DNA from: Candidatus Latescibacterota bacterium | GTDB taxonomy: Bacteria; Latescibacterota; UBA2968; GCA-2709665 | Length of the DNA: 64,000 nucleotides | Direction of reading: 5' to 3' | Assembly (NCBI GenBank): GCA_965203805.1 | Contig: OZ241917.1 | Span: forward strand, 5,056,001 to 5,120,000 | Part shown: piece by piece, positions 38,356 to 47,821 of the stretch | How positions within the stretch are numbered: position 1 is the stretch's first letter | Layout of the letters: every line of letters begins with the position of its first letter | Program-made: the position numbers and the translations under genes | The notes under the pieces: generated by a model | Seen by the model: the letters and a program-made list of their open reading frames with translations, nothing else | Database searches by the model: none | What the model was told of the DNA's origin: nothing

Positions 38356-39102
38356 ATGGAACAGGATTTATCGCCGATTTTCGAACGCTGGATATTCGAG
38401 CCCCGGAAGCCCTGTACCAGAAGAATCGTGGGAATCGACGGAAGGGAGAAGCTGCAGGTCCGGTTTGAACTCGGCCTTCTCCAGATGGAAATGACCGGTC
38501 GGCCCGACGGTACATCCCCGAACGGGTATGAGTCCGCACTCGACGAGTACCTCGACTGCCTGGAGGCCCACCGAAGGAACCATGGTTCAGACGAAGGGTT
38601 CTGCCTGGAGGAGGGGGCGTGCAACGTGTTGTGGACGGAAGGCGTACAGTATTATCAGCGATACATCTGTCTGATGCATCTGAGCGATTTCGAAGGTGTC
38701 CTGAGAGACACCACGCATAATCTGGCGTTGCTGGATCTGGTCCGGACCTATGCCGCCAATGAAGAGATCAAGCGTGAATTCGAACGGTCCCGCACGTGTG
38801 TGCTCATGGCGCACGCCAGGTCCAAGGGTGAAATCTGCCTTCAGAATGGAGACTCCGAAGGCGCGCTCGAGGTGGTACGTGAGGGAATCGAGGAGATCCG
38901 GTCCGTCGCCAACGGGTCCGGAGATTCGGAGCATCCGGAATCCGGCGACGCGCTTCGTTCCCTGGAAGCGTGGGCGGAAGAGATTCGGCGGCGATATCCC
39001 GTCGACAGGGAAAACTCCATTGAACAGATTCAGACGGCGGTCGCCGGAAAGCGTTACGTACAGGCCGCGGGTTTTGGGAACCGGCTGCACGGACTGAACT
39101 GA
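38356..39102 (+). CDS. Conserved hypothetical protein with degenerate C-terminal UvrB/UvrC (UVR) motif
   Basis: G.DGREKLQVR.ELGLLQME..GRPDG..P.G.ES, E..QYY.RY, V.RDT..NL; tail AV..K.Y..AA resembles UVR. Confidence 0.65.
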   Translation: MEQDLSPIFERWIFEPRKPCTRRIVGIDGREKLQVRFELGLLQMEMTGRPDGTSPNGYESALDEYLDCLEAHRRNHGSDEGFCLEEGACNVLWTEGVQYYQRYICLMHLSDFEGVLRDTTHNLALLDLVRTYAANEEIKREFERSRTCVLMAHARSKGEICLQNGDSEGALEVVREGIEEIRSVANGSGDSEHPESGDALRSLEAWAEEIRRRYPVDRENSIEQIQTAVAGKRYVQAAGFGNRLHGLN

Positions 39103-39256
39103 ATTCCGCCGTTGACAATAGATCAGGTTGTCCGTGCGGATCTATCGGCGCCGCTTGGGCGAAGCACAGTTGATTCCGATCCTGAACAGCGATACGTTTT
39201 CAGATCGGGATTTTTTGTATCTGGCGCAGGATCGGGCTGATTGGACGGTGAACCGG

Positions 39257-40516
39257 ATGAACCCGGAATTCATGATCGCCCGCAGGCATTTCCGGTCTCT
39301 CCGCTCCCGGAGGCGCATCTCATTTACGATATTCATCGCAGCAATAGGCGTGGCGCTGGGCGTGTCATCGCTGGTGATCGTCATGTCCGTCATGAACGGA
39401 TATACGAATATGATCCGCCAGCGCCTTCTGGGTGTAAACGCGCACGTGACCGTCCGCATGTCCTATCGCAAGCCGATTGCGGATTTCATGCCGGTCGTCC
39501 GCACCCTGGAAGACCTTCCTGAAGTGATTGCGGCGTCGCCATATGTCCACGCGGAGGGGTTTGTCTTCCGGAAGCCGGCCGGAGCGAGTGCGGTCAAGTC
39601 GGGTGTTCTGGTACGAGGAGTGGATCCGGAGGCCTTTGCCCGCACCAGCGACGTGGGAGTATACATTCAGAAAGGAACGATAGACCTCGGCCCGCTGGAG
39701 AAGCAGGGTTCGCGTGCGGTTTACGGAATCGTGTTGGGGCAGGTGCTGGCGCAAAAGCTGGATGCTGCGCCCGGAGACGACGTGTTCCTGGGGCTGGTGC
39801 CGAAGGACGTGTTCAGCGGACGCGGACGCCGGTGGCAGCGATACCGGGTAACCGGCGTCTTCAATACGGGCTATTTCGAGTTCGATTCCCGTCTCATCTA
39901 TATTTCTCTGCCGGCCGCCAGACGGGACCTGGGATGGCAGGACGTTGTCACGGGAATCCGCCTGCGTCTGCGGGATCCGATGGAAGCCGACCGGATGGGC
40001 GAGACGCTCAGACAGGTCCTGCGTGAGGCGTATCCCGGTCTGTTCGCAACGTCGTGGACGCGGAATTTCGGTAACTTCTACGTGCTGATCCAGTTGCAGA
40101 AGTGGACGTTTTTTCTGATTCTGAGTCTGATTGTGGTCGTGGCGGGATTCAACATCATCAGTATCCTGACGATGAATGTGACCGATCGCCGCCGGGAGAT
40201 CGGAATCCTGAAGGCGATGGGAATGATCCCGAGGCGAATCGGCCGGATTTTCACCGTCGAGGGCGTGGCGGTGGGCGTATCGGGGATTGCAATCGGCAAT
40301 CTCCTGGGGTTTTCGCTTTGCTGGATTCAGAAGCGGTTCGAAGTGATTCGCGTGCCAGGGGAGGTCTATTACGTCAGTTCGCTGCCGGTGGAAATGCGCC
40401 TCGAGGATTTCGGCCTGGTTTCCCTGTGCGCGGTTCTCATCTGCTATCTCTTCAGCCTGGTTCCTTCCCGTGATGCGGCGGCGCTGGATCCGGTGGATGC
40501 CATCCGCTATGAGTGA
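39257..40516 (+). CDS. Lipoprotein-releasing ABC transporter permease (LolC/E family)
   Basis: GVALGV..L.IVMSVMNG, VAGFNIIS.L...V..RRREIGILKAMG, AA.LDPVDAIRYE; likely start 39257. Confidence 0.9.
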   Translation: MNPEFMIARRHFRSLRSRRRISFTIFIAAIGVALGVSSLVIVMSVMNGYTNMIRQRLLGVNAHVTVRMSYRKPIADFMPVVRTLEDLPEVIAASPYVHAEGFVFRKPAGASAVKSGVLVRGVDPEAFARTSDVGVYIQKGTIDLGPLEKQGSRAVYGIVLGQVLAQKLDAAPGDDVFLGLVPKDVFSGRGRRWQRYRVTGVFNTGYFEFDSRLIYISLPAARRDLGWQDVVTGIRLRLRDPMEADRMGETLRQVLREAYPGLFATSWTRNFGNFYVLIQLQKWTFFLILSLIVVVAGFNIISILTMNVTDRRREIGILKAMGMIPRRIGRIFTVEGVAVGVSGIAIGNLLGFSLCWIQKRFEVIRVPGEVYYVSSLPVEMRLEDFGLVSLCAVLICYLFSLVPSRDAAALDPVDAIRYE

Positions 40517-40609
40517 TCGACGATGTACGCGGCCGCCGGACCGGGAGCGAGGCGGGACGAATCAAGGTTAGGAATCATCGGTACAGGACACCTGGACAGG
40601 GCGCCGGCA

Positions 40610-41860
40610 ATGGTTGAATTATTGATTGCGCGACGGTATCTTCGCTCGATGCGCCGCCGGAAACGGGTGTCGTTCACGGTTGTCGTGGCGGTATTGGGCG
40701 TGGGCCTGGGCGTGGCGGCGCTCGTGATCGTGTTGTCGGTGTCGAACGGGTTTTCGTCGCTGGTATGGGACCGGCTGCTGGGCGTGAACGCGCATGCGAC
40801 GGTGCGCGCGGAGAGCGGGCGCCCGATTGAGGATACAGGCGCGCTCCTGACCGCGCTGGACGCCCATCCCCTGGTCACTGGCGTGTCGCCGTTTGCGGCT
40901 TCAGAAGGCGCTCTCCTTCACCGTTCCTTTGAAAACGAGGTGTATAGCGCCGCTGTGATGGTGAGGGGCGTGACGCCGGACGGATTGGAAGCGGTAAGCG
41001 ATCTGGAGGACTATATCTGGGGTGGCGCCCTGGATCTCGGTATCCAGGAAACCGAGGGCCGCGGTCGGGTCTACGGGATCGTGGTCGGGCGCTATCTGGC
41101 CGATCAGCTGGGCGTGCGGGTGGGGTCGGAGGTGCGTCTCTGGATCCTGCCGCACGATGTCTTCGCCGCGCAGACCCGGTTCCGGCGCTACCTGGTCACC
41201 GGCATCTTCAGCTCGGGTAACCCTGAGTACGACAGTGGATTGGCCTATGTTACTCTTTCAGCAGCCCGTAGAGACCTCGGCTGGGAGCGCCGGATCAGCG
41301 GCGTCCGCCTCAGGTTCGCCGACGCCTTTCGGGCGCGGGAAATCAGCGCGGCCGTTGAGAAGACGGCCCGGCAACTGGATCCGGCGCTTGCCGTGCATCC
41401 CTGGATGCGCGACCACGGCAATCTCTATTTTTCCATCCATCTGGAGAAGTGGGCGAGTTTTCTGGGAATCGGGCTGATCGTCGTGGTTGCGGGCTTCAAC
41501 ATCGTCAGCGTGCTTACCATGAACGTGGCGGAAAGACGCCGTGAGATTGGCATCCTCAAGACCCTTGGCGTGCCGCCGCGGAGAATCGGTCGTATATTTA
41601 CCTGGCAGGGCCTCGCAGTGGGCCTCTCCGGCGTCTTGCTGGGCAATCTTCTGGGCTTTGCCCTGTGCTGGGCGCAGCAGCGGTATGAATTGCTTGTAAT
41701 TCCGGGAGACGTTTTGATTACGCAGGCACTGCCCGTAGAAATGCAGGTGTCTGATTTTCTGGCGATTTCGGCTTCCGCCGCGTTGGTCTGCTATCTCTTT
41801 ACGCTGTTTCCGGCTCGGGATGCCGCGGCGCAGGACCCGGTTGAAGCAATCAGGCAATAG
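40610..41860 (+). CDS. Second lipoprotein-releasing ABC transporter permease (LolC/E family)
   Basis: Same motifs (VLSVSNGF, VAGFNIVS, EIGILK); likely start 40610. Confidence 0.9.
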   Translation: MVELLIARRYLRSMRRRKRVSFTVVVAVLGVGLGVAALVIVLSVSNGFSSLVWDRLLGVNAHATVRAESGRPIEDTGALLTALDAHPLVTGVSPFAASEGALLHRSFENEVYSAAVMVRGVTPDGLEAVSDLEDYIWGGALDLGIQETEGRGRVYGIVVGRYLADQLGVRVGSEVRLWILPHDVFAAQTRFRRYLVTGIFSSGNPEYDSGLAYVTLSAARRDLGWERRISGVRLRFADAFRAREISAAVEKTARQLDPALAVHPWMRDHGNLYFSIHLEKWASFLGIGLIVVVAGFNIVSVLTMNVAERRREIGILKTLGVPPRRIGRIFTWQGLAVGLSGVLLGNLLGFALCWAQQRYELLVIPGDVLITQALPVEMQVSDFLAISASAALVCYLFTLFPARDAAAQDPVEAIRQ

Positions 41861-41928
41861 TAACCTGTCCGGGAAACAGGCCGCCCTTCTTCCGTTGCCG
41901 GAGCGATGCTGGGACCAGAAGGGGCTCC

Positions 41929-42093
41929 ATGGATCCCGATCCACTCAAATCGTATCCGCCGGGCGACCCCAGGCGTCCGCCTCCGAGGTGGTTTCTGGTG
42001 CTGATCGCCGTTGCCGTTGCGATTGCGGTGACGTTGTTCGCCGTTCTCATCGCCTATCTGCGCGACGTCTGGACGGCGCGGCCGCTCGGGTAG
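41929..42093 (+). CDS. Small single-pass membrane protein, 54 aa
   Basis: MDPDPLKSYPPGDPRRPPPRWFLVLIAVAVAIAVTLFAVLIAYLRDVWTARPLG; AGAAGGGG RBS; below the ORF track length cutoff. Confidence 0.55.
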   Translation: MDPDPLKSYPPGDPRRPPPRWFLVLIAVAVAIAVTLFAVLIAYLRDVWTARPLG

Positions 42094-42328
42094 GTAATCG
42101 GGTCCGCCAGGTTGTTATTCTGAATATCCAGTGTAAGACATAAGGAAAACGGTTAAAGTTCAGGGATCGCGGTGGTGGGAGTGATGATATGCGGTCTATG
42201 GTGAATCGATACGCTGCAGTTACTCGTTCTCTCGCGCTTTTCTCGAGCTCTTTGGTTTTTATCCTGTCTATCCTGTCCATCCATGTTTCATTCGTCGGTT
42301 TATCTAACTAAAGAGACGAGACTTTCGA

Positions 42329-43066
42329 TCAGTACGTGGCGCGGCCCCCGCTGGCGTCAAAACACTGCCCTGTTGTGAAACTGGCTTCATCCGAGGCCAG
42401 GAAGTGTACCAGCGCGGCGACCTCGCCGGGTTTGCCAAGGCGGCCCATTGGTATCCTGGACGTAAGAAAGGCGGCCCGATCCGGATCCAGACCGAGGGTC
42501 ATCCCGGTCTCGATGAGTGCGGGCGCGACGCAGTTGACACGAATATTGTGGTCCAGCACCTCCCTGGCAAGCGCCTTGGTAAAGCAGATAACGCCGGCTT
42601 TCGATACCGAGTAAGCCGCCATATTGGCGTTCCCTTCCTTGCCCGAGATCGAGGCGACGGATACAATCGCGCCCGTATTGCGTTCTGCCATGTGTGCGAT
42701 GACCGCGCGCGAGCAGAGGAAGACGCCCTTGAGATTGGTGTCCATCACGCGGTCCCAGTCCGCTTCGCTCAGTTCCCGCACGGGCGACTCCGGGCCCACA
42801 ATGCCGGCGTTATTGACCAGAATGTCGATCTGGCCGAGCCGTTCCAGCACGGTGTCCACCATCCGGGTGACGTCTTCGCTGCACGAGACATCCGCTCTCA
42901 CGGTGAGGCTGATGTGGGAACGCCCCCCGTCGGACGGGTCGACGTCCGCGATGGCGACTGTCGCGCCTGCGGTCGCCAGGCGGTCCGCGATGGCCGAACC
43001 GATGCCCCTCGCGCCGCCGGTGACGAGTGCAACGCGTCCCGTTAGGTCCATGAACGTCTGTGGCAT
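42329..43066 (-). CDS. SDR family NAD(P)-dependent oxidoreductase
   Basis: TGGARGIG, NNAGI, YSVSK, IRVNCVAP. Confidence 0.93.
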   Translation of the reverse strand: MPQTFMDLTGRVALVTGGARGIGSAIADRLATAGATVAIADVDPSDGGRSHISLTVRADVSCSEDVTRMVDTVLERLGQIDILVNNAGIVGPESPVRELSEADWDRVMDTNLKGVFLCSRAVIAHMAERNTGAIVSVASISGKEGNANMAAYSVSKAGVICFTKALAREVLDHNIRVNCVAPALIETGMTLGLDPDRAAFLTSRIPMGRLGKPGEVAALVHFLASDEASFTTGQCFDASGGRATY

Positions 43067-43090
43067 GGTAGTTCTCTCAATCGGTAACGG

Positions 43091-43310
43091 CTAACTTCGG
43101 TGAGACGTGAGACGCAAGACGGTAGGGGAAAAGCTTGAAAGCGGTGAGACGTAAGACGTTAGACGGTAGATGACATCCGTGCCCGAATGGTTATTCCTTA
43201 ATGCCTCCGGCAAGAAATGAATCCGCACCGGGCAATCACATCCTCTACCCTCTCCCCGCCTTTAGAGCACTCATATCATCTCCCGTCTCACGTCTACCCT
43301 CTCCCCTGCC
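43091..43310 (+). repeat. Heptamer-array-flanked hairpin element, copy C
   Basis: CTAACTTCGGTGAGACGTGAGACGCAAGACGGTAG..GATGAC..TGCCCG..TGCCTCCGGCA..AAATGAA..CGGGCA; inverted relative to copy A. Confidence 0.8.
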
Positions 43311-43374
43311 TTAGGGTGTTTCCCGGTTCCCTTTGTGCCTTTGTGTCTCCGTGTGAGTTGATTTTCGATTTCGG

Positions 43375-44463
43375 CTAGATCAACTCCGTCCCGTCCAGGT
43401 ATTCGATCAGCTTCCGGTTCGCCCGGGAAAACGCATAGTCTTCGAGGCTGTCGGGTACGACCCACTTCACGTCCGAACAGGTCCGCGCGCGGGCTCTGCC
43501 GCCCTTGTATTCGCATCGAAACGCATGCATGGTGACGCTGAAGTGGGTGAAGGCGTGTCTGACGGTCCTGAACCGGTTCCGCAGGGCGGCGTCGACGCCG
43601 GTTGCCTCGCGCACCGCGCGAATACACGTGTCACCCAGGGCCTCCCCCTGCAGCTGTCGGGCTGATGGAAATTCCCAGAGTCCGCCGAGAAGCCCGTTTT
43701 CCGGCCGTCGCGCGATCAGGACCTTGTCTTTCCGGGATACGATTCCCACACCCAGGATGTGGTGTGGACGCGGCTTCTTCGGGGCCTTGACGGGTAGCGA
43801 TTCCGCCGTGCCGGATTGGTACGCGGCGCAATATTCGTCGACGGGACACTTGCCGCATCGGGGGGCCCGCGGGCGGCAGACCGTCGCGCCAAGTTCCATG
43901 ACCGCCTGGTTGTAATCGCCGGCGTTGCCGCTGTTCAGAAGGTCGTCCGCCAGTTTCTGAAGACGGGTTCTGGTGCGGGTTTGCGCGATATCGTCCCGAA
44001 TCTCGAAGAGCCGGCAAAGAACCCGGATGACGTTGCCGTCGAGAACGGCGTAGTCCCGGTCGTAGGCGATACTCAGGACGGCGGCCGTGGTGTAGGGTCC
44101 CAGACCGGGCAAGGCGGAGAGATCGTCGTAGGCATCGGGCACGGCGCCGTTGAACCTTTCGACGATGTACCGGGCCGTACTGTGCAGGTTTCGCGCACGA
44201 GAATAGTAGCCCAGGCCCTCCCAGGCCTTGAGGACCCGGTCACCCGGCGTTCGGGCGAGGTCCTGCACAGTCGGGAACTTTTCCAGGAACCGCCTGTAAT
44301 AGGGAATGACGGTCTCGACCTGGGTCTGCTGAAGCATGAACTCGGCGAGCAGAACGTGGTATGGATCGGACGTATGACGCCAGGGGAGATCCCGCTTCTC
44401 GCGACGGTACCAGTCGAGCAGGGACCTCTTGATCGATGCAAAATCTGACAGGTCGGCATTCAT
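43375..44463 (-). CDS. mutY: A/G-specific adenine glycosylase
   Basis: RDLPWR, E.MLQQT, WEGLGYYSRARNL, LPGLG.YT, DGNV.RV, C.PR.P.C..CP...C, C-terminal NUDIX-like domain. Real start 44463. Confidence 0.96.
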   Translation of the reverse strand: MNADLSDFASIKRSLLDWYRREKRDLPWRHTSDPYHVLLAEFMLQQTQVETVIPYYRRFLEKFPTVQDLARTPGDRVLKAWEGLGYYSRARNLHSTARYIVERFNGAVPDAYDDLSALPGLGPYTTAAVLSIAYDRDYAVLDGNVIRVLCRLFEIRDDIAQTRTRTRLQKLADDLLNSGNAGDYNQAVMELGATVCRPRAPRCGKCPVDEYCAAYQSGTAESLPVKAPKKPRPHHILGVGIVSRKDKVLIARRPENGLLGGLWEFPSARQLQGEALGDTCIRAVREATGVDAALRNRFRTVRHAFTHFSVTMHAFRCEYKGGRARARTCSDVKWVVPDSLEDYAFSRANRKLIEYLDGTELI

Positions 44464-44486
44464 CAGTTTACCCGGTGAAGGTCGCC

Positions 44487-44834
44487 TCACCGCGCCTGAA
44501 CGTCTTCCTTTCGGCGGCGTTTCTCCTCCGCAATATCGCTGGCGTGTCCCGTGACGACGTCCGGCGGGCTGGTCCTGATCAGTTGCTGCAGGGCCAGCAG
44601 GAACAACAGGATGTCTTCGCCATAGCCCAGGTGCGGGAACAACGCTTCCGGCAACAGATCCACGGGGGATATCCCGTAGAGGATGATCACGTAGACCAGC
44701 AGTTTGCTGTACCATGGCACACGCGGGTCTTTCATCAGGCGCCAGGCGAGTCTGATATACTGGGGCAGGCGAAAGAGAATTGAGAAGATGCCGCGCATGG
44801 CAGTAGCGAGCGGGTACACGTGGACGCGATTCAT
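44487..44834 (-). CDS. YkvA/DUF1232 family membrane protein
   Basis: RL.KDPRVPW..K....Y.ISPVDL.PE.....G..ED; start 44834 or 44798. Confidence 0.8.
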   Translation of the reverse strand: MNRVHVYPLATAMRGIFSILFRLPQYIRLAWRLMKDPRVPWYSKLLVYVIILYGISPVDLLPEALFPHLGYGEDILLFLLALQQLIRTSPPDVVTGHASDIAEEKRRRKEDVQAR

Positions 44835-44866
44835 TGCGCGATCGTTCAAGAGGCGGTTTTGCCTAA

Positions 44867-45060
44867 CAGTCCGTTGAAGAAGTCGCTCTGCAGGGCGAGG
44901 CCGAGTCATTGTGGCCGAAGACAAGGCGCGCGACCGACGCGCATCCCTGGATTCGGGGAGGGAGCGCCTGCCTGCCGCGCTCCGCTTGGCGCAGGCAGGC
45001 AACGCCGTATTTCGGTCACAAGGGCCGGACGTAGCCCGGATGGACTTTTTCAACGGGCTG
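44867..45060. mobile_element. ~194-bp MITE, second copy, 4-bp TSD CTAA
   Basis: CAGTCCGTTGAAGAAGTC..GACTTTTTCAACGGGCTG flanked by CTAA at 44863-44866 and 45061-45064. Confidence 0.85.
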
Positions 45061-46053
45061 CTAAGTCCTGCCAAGAAAGGATCTGACCCTGGGGTGGTTC
45101 AACACGTCCGGATTGATGATGTGCGCGGGTTCCCTTCCCTCCATGGCGTCGGTGAGTTGCCCGAAGGTCCGGCGGTCCAGGCGTACCGCGGAAGCGTCGG
45201 TCATTCCGGCGTTGTGGTTGGTGCAGATGATGCGGGGGTGCCCCTTGTGGATGGCCCGCGGGCCGTCCACCGGGTCGTCGACCACGTAATACCAGAGTCG
45301 CTTCTCGACGATGGCGCGGTTGACGGCAATATCGTCTACGAGGGTGCCGCGCGACGGGTTGATGAGGGAGGCATGGGGCTGCATGGCACAAAGGAGGTCG
45401 TAGGTGACGAGGGTGTCGGCGCCGGAAACGTGCAGGGAGACAGTATCGCATTCCCTGAACAGGTCTATCGGTTCGCCGACGGCCTCCGCCCCGAATCGGG
45501 ACGCGAGATCCGCGATGTCCGGCCGGACGTCGTAGACGAGCAGGCGCCCCCTGTCACCCAGGAGCGGCTTGGCCCGTTCGGCGACCGCCTGACCGATGCG
45601 GCCGAAACCATACAGACCAAGCGTAGTCTCGGCGACTTCGTAGGTTCTGATGAGTGAAAAGTCGCCGCTGTGGGAGAGCCGGTTCAGCGTATAGACCCTC
45701 TTCATCGTGGCCATCCACTGGGCAATGGCGTATTCGGCTACCGTGACCATGTGCTCGGGAGCAATGGTGACGATCACACCGCGGCGCGTAGCCACGTCGA
45801 GGTTGACTTTTTCGTAACCCACACCCCATCGGGAGATGATGCGCAGGTCCGTCGCGGCTTCATAGAAGCTCTCGTGAATCAGCGCTGAACTCGCGAGGAC
45901 ACCGACAACGCCGTCTGCTTCGTTTGCCGTGAGTTCCCCGGAGTAGTAGTCCACGCTGGCAAAGCCGGCCAGTCGCTCCAGTCTCTTGTGCCGGCTGTCG
46001 GAGTCGAATTCGGGGTTCCGCATGTTGGCGGACAGCAGGATTCTCCGTGACAT
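45061..46053 (-). CDS. D-isomer-specific 2-hydroxyacid dehydrogenase family protein
   Basis: SRWGVGY, VAE, GLYGFGRIG, SLH, INPSRG, H.AG. Confidence 0.88.
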   Translation of the reverse strand: MSRRILLSANMRNPEFDSDSRHKRLERLAGFASVDYYSGELTANEADGVVGVLASSALIHESFYEAATDLRIISRWGVGYEKVNLDVATRRGVIVTIAPEHMVTVAEYAIAQWMATMKRVYTLNRLSHSGDFSLIRTYEVAETTLGLYGFGRIGQAVAERAKPLLGDRGRLLVYDVRPDIADLASRFGAEAVGEPIDLFRECDTVSLHVSGADTLVTYDLLCAMQPHASLINPSRGTLVDDIAVNRAIVEKRLWYYVVDDPVDGPRAIHKGHPRIICTNHNAGMTDASAVRLDRRTFGQLTDAMEGREPAHIINPDVLNHPRVRSFLGRT

Positions 46054-46087
46054 GCAATTCCTTTGTGTATGTAGTGGTGCGGAAGGT

Positions 46088-47821
46088 CTATTGATTCTTC
46101 TGCCGGTCCACGATTTCCTGTACGATTTCCCGAAGGGCGCTGCGCTGGACCTTGCCCGTAGACGTCATTGGCAGGCGGTCGGGACTGAACGGAATGGTAC
46201 TGCAGGGTGCTTCAAAGGGGCTCAGGTTCGCCACGTCTCCCGCCAGTCCCGCGCTCAGGATCCGCCCGGCAGCTTCCGCCTGCTTCGCCGGCGCCGTGCC
46301 GTTGCGGAAGACGAGCGCGGCGCAGACGTCCTGTCCCCAGCGTTCGTCCTCCAGGCCGGTTACGTAGGCCGCGGCAAGCTCGGGAAAGGCTTCTACAAGG
46401 GCGTTTTCAACGGCTATCGGGGAGATGTTTACGCCGCCCTTGATGACGATTTCCTTCTTGCGGCTGTGAACGAAATAATAATCGCGGTTGCCGATCTCGC
46501 ACCGGTAGCCGATGTCGCCGGTGTGAAACCAACCGTCCCTGAAGACTTGCTCCGAGGCGGCCGGCTGGTTGAGGTAGCCGCCCGACACAACCGGTCCGCG
46601 AACCAGGATTTCACCGAGTTCGCCGGGGGAAGGATTTCCTTCGAGGCGGATGTTGTTGTTTCCGAGCTCGACTCCCGCGGCGTTCCGCTGAAGCGCCTCC
46701 CGGTATTCGTGTTCCGGCAGGTCCGGCGGAACGCCGGTGACCCGAAGGCTGACCTCGGTGGTGCCGTAGCCCTGGATCAGGCGCACGCCGAATCGATCGT
46801 GGAACCGCACCGCGGGACCCGCGGGTACCGGGGCGCTGCCGATCATTATCTTCTTGAGTGCGGAAATGTCATGCCCGGCCGCGTCGAACGCGTCGGCATC
46901 GGCAAGCAGATCCCGCATGATAGTGGGAACAATGCTGCTGGACGTGGCTCTCTCTTCCGCAATGACCGGCCAGAAACCGGAAGCGCTGTATCGGGAGTTG
47001 AGAACGAGCGTTCCGCCGGCCATGAAAAGTGCAATCGAGAAGACGGTTGAATTGACATGATGCAGCGGCAGTACGAGGCTGAGTCGTTCGTTCTCGTCGA
47101 AATGCAGCCAGCGGCCGATGCCGTCCGCATTGCTCACGATGCTCTGCCGCGTGAGCAGAACGCCCTTGGGTTTTCCCGTTGTTCCTGACGTATACAGAAT
47201 GATCCCCGCGGCCTGCTCCGCCGCCGGGTCCCCGCTCCATTCCGGTTCCAGGTCCCTGGTCCGGTCGACGTCGCCCGCGAGCAGTGTATCCGTGGCCGCG
47301 ATGGGAACTTCCGTAGCCACTCCCCGCTCGGAGTCCAGATGATCGGGAAGGACGCACAGCAGTCTGGCGCGGGAGTCTTCGAGCTTGTATCGTTTTCGTT
47401 CGGGCGTGTCGCGCCTGAGGTCCAGCGGGACGGCGGTCGCGCCAAGCCGGAAGAGGGCCTGGGTGATCAGAAGGATTTCCGGGCAATTCGGCATGGCCAG
47501 GGATACCCGGTCTCCGGGGCCGATGCCATAGTCATCGTGAAGCCGGACCGCCAGGGCCGCGGTCCGGCGGTTCAGTTCTCCGTATGTGATAACCGACCGC
47601 TTTTCGACGTCCAGGTCGCGGAAGACGATGGCCGCGCGATCTCCCGAGTGTGCGGCCCGATGGTGAAGAAGGCGCGTGAAGTTCTTCCATGGAAAGCGAT
47701 AGACGTGAGGGCGTCCATTCTTCGTGCAGGTGAAGATCTCTGGATCCATAGAGATTCGACCGCCTGCCGTCGGCAACGGAAAAGGCGCCGGGAACTCCGG
47801 GTCAGGTCCCGTTCGAGTCAC
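46088..47821 (-). CDS. Class I adenylate-forming enzyme (acyl-CoA ligase, MenE-like)
   Basis: [43 protein letters not shown]. Confidence 0.88.
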   Translation of the reverse strand: MTRTGPDPEFPAPFPLPTAGGRISMDPEIFTCTKNGRPHVYRFPWKNFTRLLHHRAAHSGDRAAIVFRDLDVEKRSVITYGELNRRTAALAVRLHDDYGIGPGDRVSLAMPNCPEILLITQALFRLGATAVPLDLRRDTPERKRYKLEDSRARLLCVLPDHLDSERGVATEVPIAATDTLLAGDVDRTRDLEPEWSGDPAAEQAAGIILYTSGTTGKPKGVLLTRQSIVSNADGIGRWLHFDENERLSLVLPLHHVNSTVFSIALFMAGGTLVLNSRYSASGFWPVIAEERATSSSIVPTIMRDLLADADAFDAAGHDISALKKIMIGSAPVPAGPAVRFHDRFGVRLIQGYGTTEVSLRVTGVPPDLPEHEYREALQRNAAGVELGNNNIRLEGNPSPGELGEILVRGPVVSGGYLNQPAASEQVFRDGWFHTGDIGYRCEIGNRDYYFVHSRKKEIVIKGGVNISPIAVENALVEAFPELAAAYVTGLEDERWGQDVCAALVFRNGTAPAKQAEAAGRILSAGLAGDVANLSPFEAPCSTIPFSPDRLPMTSTGKVQRSALREIVQEIVDRQKNQ

